From contig CAWDYW010000003.1 of NCBI GenBank assembly GCA_963806855.1, forward strand, positions 128,001 to 192,000: a stretch of DNA of 64,000 nucleotides. The letters run 5' to 3'. The translations under genes and the position numbers were made by a program. How positions within the stretch are numbered: position 1 is the stretch's first letter; each line of letters begins with the position of its first letter. Shown piece after piece: positions 17,184 through 26,091 of the stretch. The notes below the pieces were generated by a model. The model worked only from the letters and a program-made list of their open reading frames with translations, was not told the origin of the DNA and did not search any database. The stretch comes from an uncultured Verrucomicrobiae bacterium. Lineage in GTDB: Bacteria > Chlamydiota > Chlamydiia > Chlamydiales > Rhabdochlamydiaceae.

Positions 17184-18377
17184 ATGTTTGCAATTGTCGA
17201 TTCTAATTTACCTAGTGCTGTGACGGGAGCTACGCCGTTATCCATCACCTCCGAGCTCATTAAGGCGGGCATCCTCCCAGCTCCTGAAAAGGCAAAAGAA
17301 ACCTTTTGGTCTCTAGGGGCAGATTGGTGGAAGCAGATCATCGATGGAAGGTGTCATAAGTTCGGCTCTAAGGTATTTGATGAAGGGTCGCATTCCGGTC
17401 CAATAGAACGGGGGTATCTTGCTGGAATTGAAAAGGCCAGTCGCTATTTTGTCGAGAACATGGATCGGCCGCTCACTTTAGAATTGTATAGAGAGACTCA
17501 CCGCCTAGCTATTGCCCATTTTGATACCAGAGGCAGAAATGGGGCGGGGTGCAGCTGGCAGGAAATTGATCATTTCAGAAGCAATATGGTCAGTTGTAGT
17601 GGATATCCAATTGGGGTAAAAGGGTTTGCCGAAGTTGAAAAAGACCGTGTAGTTCTTAAAGAAGCCCGTAGAATTATCAATCTCTGTAAACCAGATGTGC
17701 CTCTGGAGCAGCAGAGGATGATTATCCAACAACAATGGAAGGGGCTTGTGGTTAAAGCGTTTAAACTTTTACCTAAGTTGACCGGCTCCAAGCTTGATGA
17801 CAAAACGGATCAAGAGCGCATCGAGATTTTGATGAGCACCTACGAGGAGTTGACAAAGTCGCAAAAGGCGATCGCGATGGAGGAGATGGAAAAGATGAAT
17901 CGCCATTTTGAACAAATCGCTCAGCGACTTGGTTTAAGTAAGCCATTTGCAGATTGCAGTGTCAACAGCGCCATTGATTTCACCATTACAACTTGGTACT
18001 TAGAGAAAAGTTCCTATAGCCTCACTATAATCACTGAAAAATTGTTCGCAGAGTTTAATCAGAATCTGACAAATGCACGCAAAGAGGCTTACGATAAGTT
18101 GATGTCTGGTCAAAAAATTGAAGAGATCAAAAGCTCCTATCAAGAGGCCGCCCTGCGATTAATCGGGCAGCTTTTTGCAGAACTTGAGTGGCTTCACCCA
18201 TGGATCGATGGTCAGGGGCGTACAGATTTAATTCATTTGAATGGGCTGCTTTGCCGAGAAGGGCTCCATCCTTGCATTTTGGACTTCCCGTTCTATTCGA
18301 CCTCAAACAGTCTCGAGCTGTGGTTGGATTATCTGAAGGATGGGCTCTCGCAATTCGAAAAGCTTCGTGGCTATTAA
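17184..18377 (+). CDS. Fic-domain protein, candidate effector
   Basis: C-terminal HPWIDGQGRT, a variant of HPFxDGNGR; helical body. Confidence 0.75.
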   Translation: MFAIVDSNLPSAVTGATPLSITSELIKAGILPAPEKAKETFWSLGADWWKQIIDGRCHKFGSKVFDEGSHSGPIERGYLAGIEKASRYFVENMDRPLTLELYRETHRLAIAHFDTRGRNGAGCSWQEIDHFRSNMVSCSGYPIGVKGFAEVEKDRVVLKEARRIINLCKPDVPLEQQRMIIQQQWKGLVVKAFKLLPKLTGSKLDDKTDQERIEILMSTYEELTKSQKAIAMEEMEKMNRHFEQIAQRLGLSKPFADCSVNSAIDFTITTWYLEKSSYSLTIITEKLFAEFNQNLTNARKEAYDKLMSGQKIEEIKSSYQEAALRLIGQLFAELEWLHPWIDGQGRTDLIHLNGLLCREGLHPCILDFPFYSTSNSLELWLDYLKDGLSQFEKLRGY

Positions 18378-18446
18378 ATTAATTTCTTGTTAAAAATTCC
18401 AGATAGGTGCAAAATCTTTGTCCTCTTTTTAAATTAGGAGTCCGAG

Positions 18447-19310
18447 ATGACTGATTCTCAAAGTAACAAACTCATTGTGTTTGAGGACAAAAAAATCCGC
18501 CGTATTTTTCATAATGGGGAGTGGTATTTTTCCATTATCGATGTCATCGAAGTTCTGGCAGTAACATCTAATCCAAGACGATATTGGCCTGAATTAAAGA
18601 AGCAGCTGATTGATAATGAAGGGTTTATTCAGTTGCTCGGAAAAATCGAGCAACTGAAATTAGAGGCGAGCGATGGGAAAAAATATCTGACTGACACTGC
18701 CAATACTGAAACCCTCCTCCGAATTATTCAATCGATCCCCTCACCTAAGGCGGAACCATTTAAACAATGGTTGGCGAAGGTGGGGTATGAGCGGATTCAA
18801 GAGATCGAAGATCCCGAATTGGCGACCAAGCGAACCCGAGAGATCTACAAAGCTAAGGGTTATAGCGATGAGTGGATTGAAAAGCGGATGCGGGGAATTG
18901 CAATTAGGGAAGAATTGACAGATGAATGGGACAAAAGAGGCGTTAAAATCCAAAAGGAATACGCTATCTTAACTGCGGAGATTTCTAAGGCTACATTTGG
19001 GATGACCCCTACAGAGTACAAGCAACATAAAGGACTCCAGCAGGAGAACCTCCGCGATCATATGACAGATTTGGAGCTGATCTTTTCTATGCTCGGGGAG
19101 GCTGCCACAAAAGAGATTGCAGTCAATCGAGATGCTCAAGGATTTGATGAGAACAAAAGTGCAGCCAAGATGGGTGGAAGAATAGCTGGAAATGCAAGAG
19201 AAGAGCTAGAGCAGGAAACGGGCAAGCCTGTGATTACGCAGGAAAATTATCTTGGCCAACTTATTCCTGTCCCCAATGAAGCGAAGCATTTAGAGGCCGA
19301 AGAGGAATAA
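18447..19310 (+). CDS. BRO-N domain (phage antirepressor-like) protein
   Basis: IRR...WYFSIIDVI, RIIQSIPSPKAEPFKQWLAKVGYERI and NLRDHMTDLELIF. Confidence 0.88.
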   Translation: MTDSQSNKLIVFEDKKIRRIFHNGEWYFSIIDVIEVLAVTSNPRRYWPELKKQLIDNEGFIQLLGKIEQLKLEASDGKKYLTDTANTETLLRIIQSIPSPKAEPFKQWLAKVGYERIQEIEDPELATKRTREIYKAKGYSDEWIEKRMRGIAIREELTDEWDKRGVKIQKEYAILTAEISKATFGMTPTEYKQHKGLQQENLRDHMTDLELIFSMLGEAATKEIAVNRDAQGFDENKSAAKMGGRIAGNAREELEQETGKPVITQENYLGQLIPVPNEAKHLEAEEE

Positions 19311-19467
19311 GTGGGCAAATTCAGTTGTACCGAAAAAGAGTACAACTGGGTTATACCCCGACTCGCCCAAAAGTGTGAATTTGGACCCACGCGAAAGCTC
19401 TCGCGGCTCCAAATTCACACTTTTGGGCGAGTCGGGGTATATTTGGGGGAGTCGAGGATGAAGATGA
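19289..19467. repeat. Direct repeat (left copy) of 20220-20310, interrupted by a MITE
   Basis: TTTAGAGGCCGAAGAGGAATAAGYGGGCARATTCAGTTG...TATTTGGGRGAGTCGAGGATRAAGRTGA occurs at both places and includes the dtd 3' end. Confidence 0.88.
19352..19441. mobile_element. 86-bp palindromic MITE (family A) with TA target duplication
   Basis: TA|TACCCCGACTCGCCCAAAAGTGTGAATTTGGA...TCCAAATTCACACTTTTGGGCGAGTCGGGGTA|TA. The matching empty site GT-TA-TTTGGG is at 20281-20290. Confidence 0.95.
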
Positions 19468-19477
19468 AATTGCCATT

Positions 19478-20113
19478 TCAGTCCACGGCGATAGAGCGAG
19501 AGCGCGTCATCATATCTATGGCAGGTATATAACCGCGACAGTCTAACTTTCTAAAAAACTTATTGCAGGCAACTTCAAAAGCCCTCTCCAATTTATCATT
19601 CCACTTATCGGGAGTTACCTCTTTAGTGTAGCAAAGTTTGTTCTGCCATCTAAAGCATTGCATTCTCTCTTCTCTCTCTTTAAGCGCAATCTTTGCAGCA
19701 CGATCTGCTTCTTCAAATGCAATCTTTGCAGCGCGATCTGCTTCTTCAATTGCTGTTTTTCTCTGTTCAATTAAAGTACTACCAATAAAATGTATTTCAG
19801 AGATCGTAGTATAAATCTCATACGCTGAAATCATAAGACATATAGCAGCGCCTGTATAAAGCATGGTTTTTTTGGCTAAATAACCTACCCGTCCTGAACC
19901 CTCTTCAAATATATTTCGATTGGGTTCTTGAAGATGATGGGCTTTTTTGGCTAAAGTTAAACCTACTGCAGCTGTACCTGATATAATAAAGAGATTAAAG
20001 AGAAATGGTCTAAAATCTGAAATAGCGCCAGCTAATATTGGTTTTACTATGTTCTCATGGCTATTAACTAAAGTATTATATATTTCAGTGCTAGCAACTT
20101 TTCCAATACTCAT
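19478..20113 (-). CDS. Orphan membrane protein with two hydrophobic segments and an 11-aa tandem repeat
   Basis: AT-rich ORF with AGGAG RBS; EEADRAAKIA occurs twice (33-bp repeat at 19686-19751). Confidence 0.7.
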   Translation of the reverse strand: MSIGKVASTEIYNTLVNSHENIVKPILAGAISDFRPFLFNLFIISGTAAVGLTLAKKAHHLQEPNRNIFEEGSGRVGYLAKKTMLYTGAAICLMISAYEIYTTISEIHFIGSTLIEQRKTAIEEADRAAKIAFEEADRAAKIALKEREERMQCFRWQNKLCYTKEVTPDKWNDKLERAFEVACNKFFRKLDCRGYIPAIDMMTRSRSIAVD

Positions 20114-20281
20114 TATTATGCTCCTATTTTCAAGGCTATAAAATACCGAAAATTGTATTTATTGTCGAGATGAATTTATATAGGGATTATTTTAAACAGC
20201 AGGGTCTTCTAAAGAGGCTTTTAGAGGCCGAAGAGGAATAAGCGGGCAGATTCAGTTGCTAGGAAAAAGCGAGCAACAGAG

Positions 20282-20725
20282 TTATTTGGGAGAGTCGAGG
20301 ATAAAGGTGAGGGGGCCGTCGTTGATGAGTGAGACGGCCATCTGGTCGCCGAAATTGCCGGTTTGAACGATCTTTACACGGGCTTTCATCTCCGCTATGA
20401 ACTGTTCGTAGAGCTCTTTCGCTTGAGGCGGTGGGGCTGCGCTCGTGAAGGAGGGCCGGCGTCCTTGGGAGCAATCGGCATAGAGGGTGAATTGGGAAAC
20501 GATAAGCACTTCGCCATCTGTATCTTTGATCGAGAGGTTCATTTTGGCGTTGGCGTCTGGGAAGATCCGGAGATTGGAAATCTTGTCGGCCATCCATTCG
20601 CAGTTTTGGGGGGTGTCGTCGACATGGGCCCCGAAAAGGATGAGGATGCCCCTGCCGATTATCCCGAGGGTTCTATCATTATTGGTTACGCTTGCTTCTT
20701 TAACAACTTGAACTAAGAGTCTCAT
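20282..20725 (-). CDS. dtd: D-aminoacyl-tRNA deacylase
   Basis: LRIF, VSQFTL, GRRPSF and NDGPLT. Confidence 0.96.
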   Translation of the reverse strand: MRLLVQVVKEASVTNNDRTLGIIGRGILILFGAHVDDTPQNCEWMADKISNLRIFPDANAKMNLSIKDTDGEVLIVSQFTLYADCSQGRRPSFTSAAPPPQAKELYEQFIAEMKARVKIVQTGNFGDQMAVSLINDGPLTFILDSPK

Positions 20726-20765
20726 AGTCGGAAGAGTTTATTCGGTGTGTTAGAAAAATTCAAGG

Positions 20766-20795
20766 TTGACATTTGGGGCGCGATTTTGTTATAAT
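20766..20795 (+). promoter_or_regulatory. Consensus sigma70/66 promoter
   Basis: TTGACA - 18 bp - TATAAT, with an extended TG. Confidence 0.7.
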
Positions 20796-20838
20796 CGATC
20801 ATTATGCCCATGGTGGGCGTAACAAATAGGAATAAACC

Positions 20839-20970
20839 ATGTATAGGGATGAACTACCGCCGCTGCCGGAACTACAGCGCAATTTATCTAATCAAGTTCC
20901 ATCATTCTTCTCTTCTCTCAAAGGTTTGAAACGCAAGCCTTCTCTTGTTGCTAAGCGAAAGCTTAAGTAA
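20839..20970 (+). CDS. Small 43-aa basic ORF
   Basis: AGGA RBS; MYRDELPPLPELQRNLSNQVPSFFSSLKGLKRKPSLVAKRKLK*; directly behind the promoter. Confidence 0.45.
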   Translation: MYRDELPPLPELQRNLSNQVPSFFSSLKGLKRKPSLVAKRKLK

Positions 20971-21063
20971 CGCTCTTTTTATTTATCATATTTTTCGCAG
21001 CTATTAACAAGTGTCTCTGAATAGTTTCTATTCGGACTTAAAATTATTTTTATAGGATTTATT

Positions 21064-22380
21064 ATGTTGAATGAAGTTTTCGCTTTTTTAGCGCACGTCG
21101 ATGCGTTTTTTTGGAGTTATATCGGTTTTTCCCTGATTTGCATTTTGGGGCTTTACTTTACTCTAAAAACAGGTTTTTTTCAGTTCCGCTCGCTGCCGTC
21201 TGTTCTCCGGACATTGTTTGAGTTTGTCCGGTTTAGAGGAGGTTCAAATCCGGGAACGCATCCTTTGAAGGTGTTTTTCGCCTCTGTCGGAGGCATGGTC
21301 GGGGTGGGCAATATTGTGGGAATTATCACGGCTCTTCAATTGGGTGGTCCGGGAGCGATTTTCTGGGTTTGGATCGCCGCATTTTTAGGCTCGTTGATCA
21401 AATATGCAGAGGTCTATTTAGGCTTAAAATACCGTGTCCAAAATGACAAGGGTGGCTATGACGGTGGGAGTATCCACTTTCTGCGCAAAGCTTTTAATGT
21501 CCGTTGGATTGGGACGTTCATTTGTATTCTCTTGTGCATCTATGGAGCTGAAATTTATCAGTTTTCTGTGCTGAGTCATAGCATTGCTTCGAATTGGAAT
21601 CTGAACCAAGTAGGGGTCTCTGCCTTGCTACTTGCCTTGATTTTATATGCTGTCATTGGGGGGATACGACGGGTCGGGAAGATTTGCTCAGTCCTGATGC
21701 CCGCTTTTACTTTGACCTACATTGGGATGTGCTTTTGGGTGATTGGTCATCATGTTGAGCAGCTTCCAAGTCTGATTGGGATCATTTTTAAGTCGGCTTT
21801 CACGGGGCATGCCGCGCTCGGTGGGTTTGTGGGGAGTTCTTTGCTGATTGCACTCCAAAATGGAGTTGCCCGTTCGGTCTATTCGGCCGACATTGGGATT
21901 GGCTATGATTCAATTATTCATAGTGAAACCAGCGCTGAAAAATTGGTCTCTCAAGCGCGGCTGACGATATTTGGGGTTTTCATCGATAACCTTGTCTGTA
22001 CCTGCACTCTTTTTGTTGCGCTATGTACTGGCTTATGGTGTGCAGCGCCACAGATCGATTCAGGGGTTGTCGTCCAACACGCTTTAGCGCTCTATTTTCC
22101 TGGCCAAACTATTTTCATGCCTATATTTTTATTTGTTCTTGTCTATACCACTTTGATTTCTTATTTGTTCGTCGGGCTCAAATGTGCAAGGCAGCTCTAT
22201 CCAAGGCATGGAGAAAAGGGCTATCTTGTTCTCGCGGCACTTTTTCTATTCAGCTTTTCATTTCTCGATCAGTCTAAAGCGCTCCTGATGATGTCGCTGT
22301 CAGGGTGTTTGCTGCTGATCATTAACCTAATGGGTATTTACAGGCTTAGAAAAGAGATCGATTTCTCTTTGAGGCTTTAA
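21064..22380 (+). CDS. Sodium:alanine/glycine symporter (AGCS family)
   Basis: VGVGNIVG, GGPGAIFWVW and KYAEVYLGLKYR; multi-TM. Confidence 0.93.
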   Translation: MLNEVFAFLAHVDAFFWSYIGFSLICILGLYFTLKTGFFQFRSLPSVLRTLFEFVRFRGGSNPGTHPLKVFFASVGGMVGVGNIVGIITALQLGGPGAIFWVWIAAFLGSLIKYAEVYLGLKYRVQNDKGGYDGGSIHFLRKAFNVRWIGTFICILLCIYGAEIYQFSVLSHSIASNWNLNQVGVSALLLALILYAVIGGIRRVGKICSVLMPAFTLTYIGMCFWVIGHHVEQLPSLIGIIFKSAFTGHAALGGFVGSSLLIALQNGVARSVYSADIGIGYDSIIHSETSAEKLVSQARLTIFGVFIDNLVCTCTLFVALCTGLWCAAPQIDSGVVVQHALALYFPGQTIFMPIFLFVLVYTTLISYLFVGLKCARQLYPRHGEKGYLVLAALFLFSFSFLDQSKALLMMSLSGCLLLIINLMGIYRLRKEIDFSLRL

Positions 22381-22410
22381 AAAATAATAATAAAAAAAAG
22401 GAGTAATTTT

Positions 22411-23211
22411 ATGTCTTCAAATACAGAAGTAAGATTAAATGCCGTTGGCAACTTTACCAATGGTGTTTTAAGTGAAACAGGTGCGGTTGTTGCAACCCAG
22501 CCTTTAGATACAATCAAAACGTGGATTTTAGCCGGAAGAGGCATTCCTCCGAGGGGCGCTTTATTCAATGGGACTCTTGCCAATTGTTCTGGCGCTATGG
22601 TGCAAGGGGGATTGCCGTTTTTAGTGAATGGTGTCCTGCTCGAACAGGTGGCTCGAGGAGGGGAAGTATCTAAGCAACAGCGAGTCGCTGTGGCAATTTC
22701 AACGGGAGTGGTCACATCGACGCTCATTGCCCCTTTAGAGAGGGTCGCTAAAATCCATCAACTTTTTGGTGGAACGGCCATTGATGCCTTCTGGAGCTCA
22801 ATTAGAAGAGGGTCTGGAGGGTTATTCAAAGCAATCGGTCCTGTAGCCCTCAGGGATGCAATCGTTTCGGGAGCATTTTTTGGCGGCAGATCGGTTGTCG
22901 AGAATCAGTTAGAAGGGGTCGTTCAAGACAAAAGAGGACGGGAGGGGATTGCCAGCGTCAGCGTGGGAGTCATCGCCGGAGCTCTGAGTACACCTGCAGA
23001 TCGTTTGAATGTTTTAATGTCCGGGGATGCCTCCAATGCCTACCCATCGACGTTAAAAACTGCCAAAATGATTCTACAACGCGAGGGAATTAGGGGGCTG
23101 TTTCGAGGAGCGGGCATACGCTCTGGATTTTTAGGAGCCTACATGCTTGTGCTTGGTTTCGGAGAACGGAACTTTCGCAATCTGTTGCCTAGCCTCTTTC
23201 GCAAAGACTAG
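22411..23211 (+). CDS. Mitochondrial carrier (SLC25) family-like protein
   Basis: Three repeats with PLDTIK, PLERVAK and PADRLN, and LFNG, GLFKA and EGIRGLFRG. AGGAG RBS. Confidence 0.85.
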   Translation: MSSNTEVRLNAVGNFTNGVLSETGAVVATQPLDTIKTWILAGRGIPPRGALFNGTLANCSGAMVQGGLPFLVNGVLLEQVARGGEVSKQQRVAVAISTGVVTSTLIAPLERVAKIHQLFGGTAIDAFWSSIRRGSGGLFKAIGPVALRDAIVSGAFFGGRSVVENQLEGVVQDKRGREGIASVSVGVIAGALSTPADRLNVLMSGDASNAYPSTLKTAKMILQREGIRGLFRGAGIRSGFLGAYMLVLGFGERNFRNLLPSLFRKD

Positions 23212-23222
23212 ACCAGTTTTTT

Positions 23223-23253
23223 TTCAACTGTACCGGAAAAAGGTACAGTTGAA
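23223..23253. terminator. Hairpin (terminator-like or small repeat)
   Basis: Perfect 12-bp stem TTCAACTGTACC/GGTACAGTTGAA; a related hairpin lies at 19322-19348. Confidence 0.6.
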
Positions 23254-23275
23254 TTTTAGTTAAGTCTGAAGTACA

Positions 23276-23617
23276 ATGCTTCCTATGACAATAGAGTTTG
23301 ATGATTTTTTAAAGGTCGATATTCGCACCGGGACGATTGTTGCAGTTGAAGATTATCCAGAAGCAAGGCGCCCTGCCTATAAGTTGGAAATCGATTTTGG
23401 CGAACTTGGGAAAAAACGGTCTTCTGCGCAGATCACTGTGCATTATAAAAAAGAAGAGCTAATCGGCAGACAAGTCATCGCGGTTGTCAATTTCCCACCC
23501 AAGCAGATTGGGAAATTCATGTCTGAAGTTCTGGTCTTAGGGCTACCAGATGAAAAGGGGGCGGTCGTCCTCTTGCAGCCCACCATTCAAGTTCCGAATG
23601 GTGTCAGATTATTTTAA
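23276..23617 (+). CDS. csaA: CsaA tRNA-binding/secretion chaperone
   Basis: KVDIRTGTI, SSAQIT and VVNFPPKQIGKFMSEVLVLG. Confidence 0.92.
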   Translation: MLPMTIEFDDFLKVDIRTGTIVAVEDYPEARRPAYKLEIDFGELGKKRSSAQITVHYKKEELIGRQVIAVVNFPPKQIGKFMSEVLVLGLPDEKGAVVLLQPTIQVPNGVRLF

Positions 23618-25044
23618 TTCCTTATTAGGGTCACAGTGAAGATGTAATTGGAGGCGTGGGTATCGACGTTGCCGAATTCGCTATCCGTTTCATTCATGGA
23701 ACTTTGGATGCCGCCTACGATGTAGCCAAGGAGGATGGGAGAGGAGTCTAGTTTGTCGAAGGCGATCACCCCATTGGGATAGAGGGGAAGGTTGCTCGCT
23801 GGAAGGAAGTCGGCGCTCGCTCCAAAGAGGAGGGCGGGGCCTGGGGCGGTGCCGAAGCTGGGCGTAATGGTGGGGAAGGTGGCGCTCATGAAGTATTGGG
23901 AATAGTTGCCGGAGGAGTCAATGTGGATTGTGGTCACGTCATTGGTGAAGCCAAGCTCGGCATCTTCGATGAAGGAGCCACCAGGTTGGTAAAAGCCTCC
24001 ATTAACGGAATAGAGAAAGCTGATGCCGCCGAAGAGGACGGTGTACATGTCGTCTGTCTTTTTCGAATAGAGGCCGATCGTGGGACAGGAATAGTTGTTC
24101 ATCCCTTGGGCAAAGGTGGAAGACATGGTCGAGGAGCCGTTGGGGGCAATTTCGATCGGGATGGTCCAGGCGCCGAAATTGTCGCCTGGGGTGAAGACAC
24201 CGCCTAAGGCAACATAGGATTGCTCGAGAGAGGGGCCCTGTTTTGTGATGATGGGGACGATGTTGAGATCGCGTCGACGATAATCTGGGAGGGGTGTCGG
24301 TTGGTTGTAGGGCTGCACGACGAGGGTTTTGCCGTTGTCGAGGATTTGGAATTGTCGCACTTGGTGAGTGTAGATCCCATTTGAGGTGGTATCGATGTAG
24401 CTGCCGATAAAGTTTTGCCCAAAGCCAAGGAGGTAGGGTTGGTGAGGATTGGCTTGGTAGAGGAGCCCTCCGGTCACTTGGAGGAGTGGGTTTGAGACTT
24501 GGCGGATGCACTTGGCGACGCTTTTGGCATTCGGCCCATTTTTGACCCAGTTGATAAGCTTGGGAATGTCGATGGCGGTGAGGACCGATTTGGTTTCGCG
24601 CGTTTGGGTGGCGGTGTTGATTCCGTATCCGCCGATCATGTAGAGGGTGTCGGAGCCGTCGCCTTGGAAAAATTCGGCGTTCGTGACGGAGAGCTGGTCG
24701 ATCTGTTCTTGGGTAAGCCCTGAGGAGGGATCGGTGAGGGCGCGGGAGATGATGGCGCCGGTGGAGGGGGTGAGGACGTAGACGACGGTGTTTTGGGACG
24801 AGACAGGGAAGGTATCCCCAAGGAAGCCGTGCAGGCCGTAGGTGCGCCCAGCGAGGAGGAGAAATTCTTGTTTATGACGACCGAAGACGTAGGCTTGGAG
24901 GCCGTTGGGAAGGGAAAACGAGGCCACTGCGATCTCTAACCGAAAGGGGAGCGAGGTCTCTGGAAGAGGGAAGGTGATGAAGGGGGTTTGGTTGTCTCCG
25001 TAAAGGCTCAAGACGGCCATTAGCGCTAAGAGTATTTTTTTCAT
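23614..25044 (-). CDS. Secreted hypothetical protein (beta-rich, possibly kelch-like)
   Basis: Signal peptide; repeated hydrophobic-GG motifs (LYMIGG, VALGG, VLFGG, YIVGG); coupled to the upstream gene. Confidence 0.7.
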   Translation of the reverse strand: MKKILLALMAVLSLYGDNQTPFITFPLPETSLPFRLEIAVASFSLPNGLQAYVFGRHKQEFLLLAGRTYGLHGFLGDTFPVSSQNTVVYVLTPSTGAIISRALTDPSSGLTQEQIDQLSVTNAEFFQGDGSDTLYMIGGYGINTATQTRETKSVLTAIDIPKLINWVKNGPNAKSVAKCIRQVSNPLLQVTGGLLYQANPHQPYLLGFGQNFIGSYIDTTSNGIYTHQVRQFQILDNGKTLVVQPYNQPTPLPDYRRRDLNIVPIITKQGPSLEQSYVALGGVFTPGDNFGAWTIPIEIAPNGSSTMSSTFAQGMNNYSCPTIGLYSKKTDDMYTVLFGGISFLYSVNGGFYQPGGSFIEDAELGFTNDVTTIHIDSSGNYSQYFMSATFPTITPSFGTAPGPALLFGASADFLPASNLPLYPNGVIAFDKLDSSPILLGYIVGGIQSSMNETDSEFGNVDTHASNYIFTVTLIRN

Positions 25045-26072
25045 GATTCCTCGTTTGGGAGGGCGAAATCGGCAATAAACACTTGCGATGTCCCATCTCC
25101 CCGTTTGGATGTCCAGGTGATTTGCTTACCATCAAGACTAAAACTAGGTAATCCCTCGAATGTGTCGCTGTAGGTGAGCCGGACTTGTTTTTTTGTTTCA
25201 ATGTTAAGCAGATAAATTTGATAGGCCTTGTGCCCATGTTTGGAGGTGGTATAGGCGATGATTTTTCCATTCGGATGCCAATAGGGGGCCCAATTGACAT
25301 GCGGGTCATCGGTCAGTTGGAACTCTTCTGATCCGTCGGCACGGATGAGGTAGAGCTGCAGCAGGTGTCTCTCTTTGCGATCAGCCCGAAAGACGATCCA
25401 CTGATTATCTGGAGAAAAGAAAGGGCCGCCATTATAGCAATGCTCTGTTTGGGTGATCTGGTGGGCATTGGTTCCATCGGCATCGCAAATGTAGAGATTC
25501 ATGCTGCCACTTTCATTGCTTGCATAGACGATTTTTCGCCCATCGGAGGAGTAGGCGCATTCCGCGTGGTAGGCGGGACCTGAAGTAAGTGGATGAAGAT
25601 TGGAGCCATCCAGGTCTGCCTCATAGAGGTTCATGTAAGGGGTGAGGGCCCAGACATAGCGGGATGTTGGCTCATTATTAATTTCATCAGATGGCGGAGC
25701 CCCATGACTCGAAGCGAAGAGGATTTTCTCTTCATCGGGCTTGAAAAATCCGCAGGTGCAGGCTCCTTGGCCGGTGCTAACCATTTGGAAGATGCCGGTG
25801 CGCAGGTCGATGATGTAGATCTGATACTCTTTAGCGCCGAGCGGAACGGCTTGAAAAATCAGCGATTGTCCATCAGGTGAAAAGTAGGACTCACCGGCTT
25901 TCTCAAAGCCCATCGAGGGGAATGTGATTTGACGGATATTGTGCAGGCAGAGCGATTCTGGAGAGGGATTTGCCCAAGCAAGTGAACAACAGCTTAAGAT
26001 TAGCAGCCAGAGATATCTAATTTTCTTCCTCGCAAAAAGAAAACTGTATATGATAGTGCAAAAAAATTTCAA
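25041..26072 (-). CDS. TolB-like PD40/WD40 beta-propeller protein
   Basis: Repeats FSPDGQ, YSSDGRK, FSPDNQ, WHPNGK and FSLDGK. Start uncertain (possibly 26021). Confidence 0.85.
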   Translation of the reverse strand: MKFFCTIIYSFLFARKKIRYLWLLILSCCSLAWANPSPESLCLHNIRQITFPSMGFEKAGESYFSPDGQSLIFQAVPLGAKEYQIYIIDLRTGIFQMVSTGQGACTCGFFKPDEEKILFASSHGAPPSDEINNEPTSRYVWALTPYMNLYEADLDGSNLHPLTSGPAYHAECAYSSDGRKIVYASNESGSMNLYICDADGTNAHQITQTEHCYNGGPFFSPDNQWIVFRADRKERHLLQLYLIRADGSEEFQLTDDPHVNWAPYWHPNGKIIAYTTSKHGHKAYQIYLLNIETKKQVRLTYSDTFEGLPSFSLDGKQITWTSKRGDGTSQVFIADFALPNEES

Positions 26073-26091
26073 TTCCTTTCTGGAGGTGCAT

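Noticed and set aside
18447..19310. Prophage suggested by the BRO-N gene
   Set aside because: No integrase, structural or replication genes are nearby.
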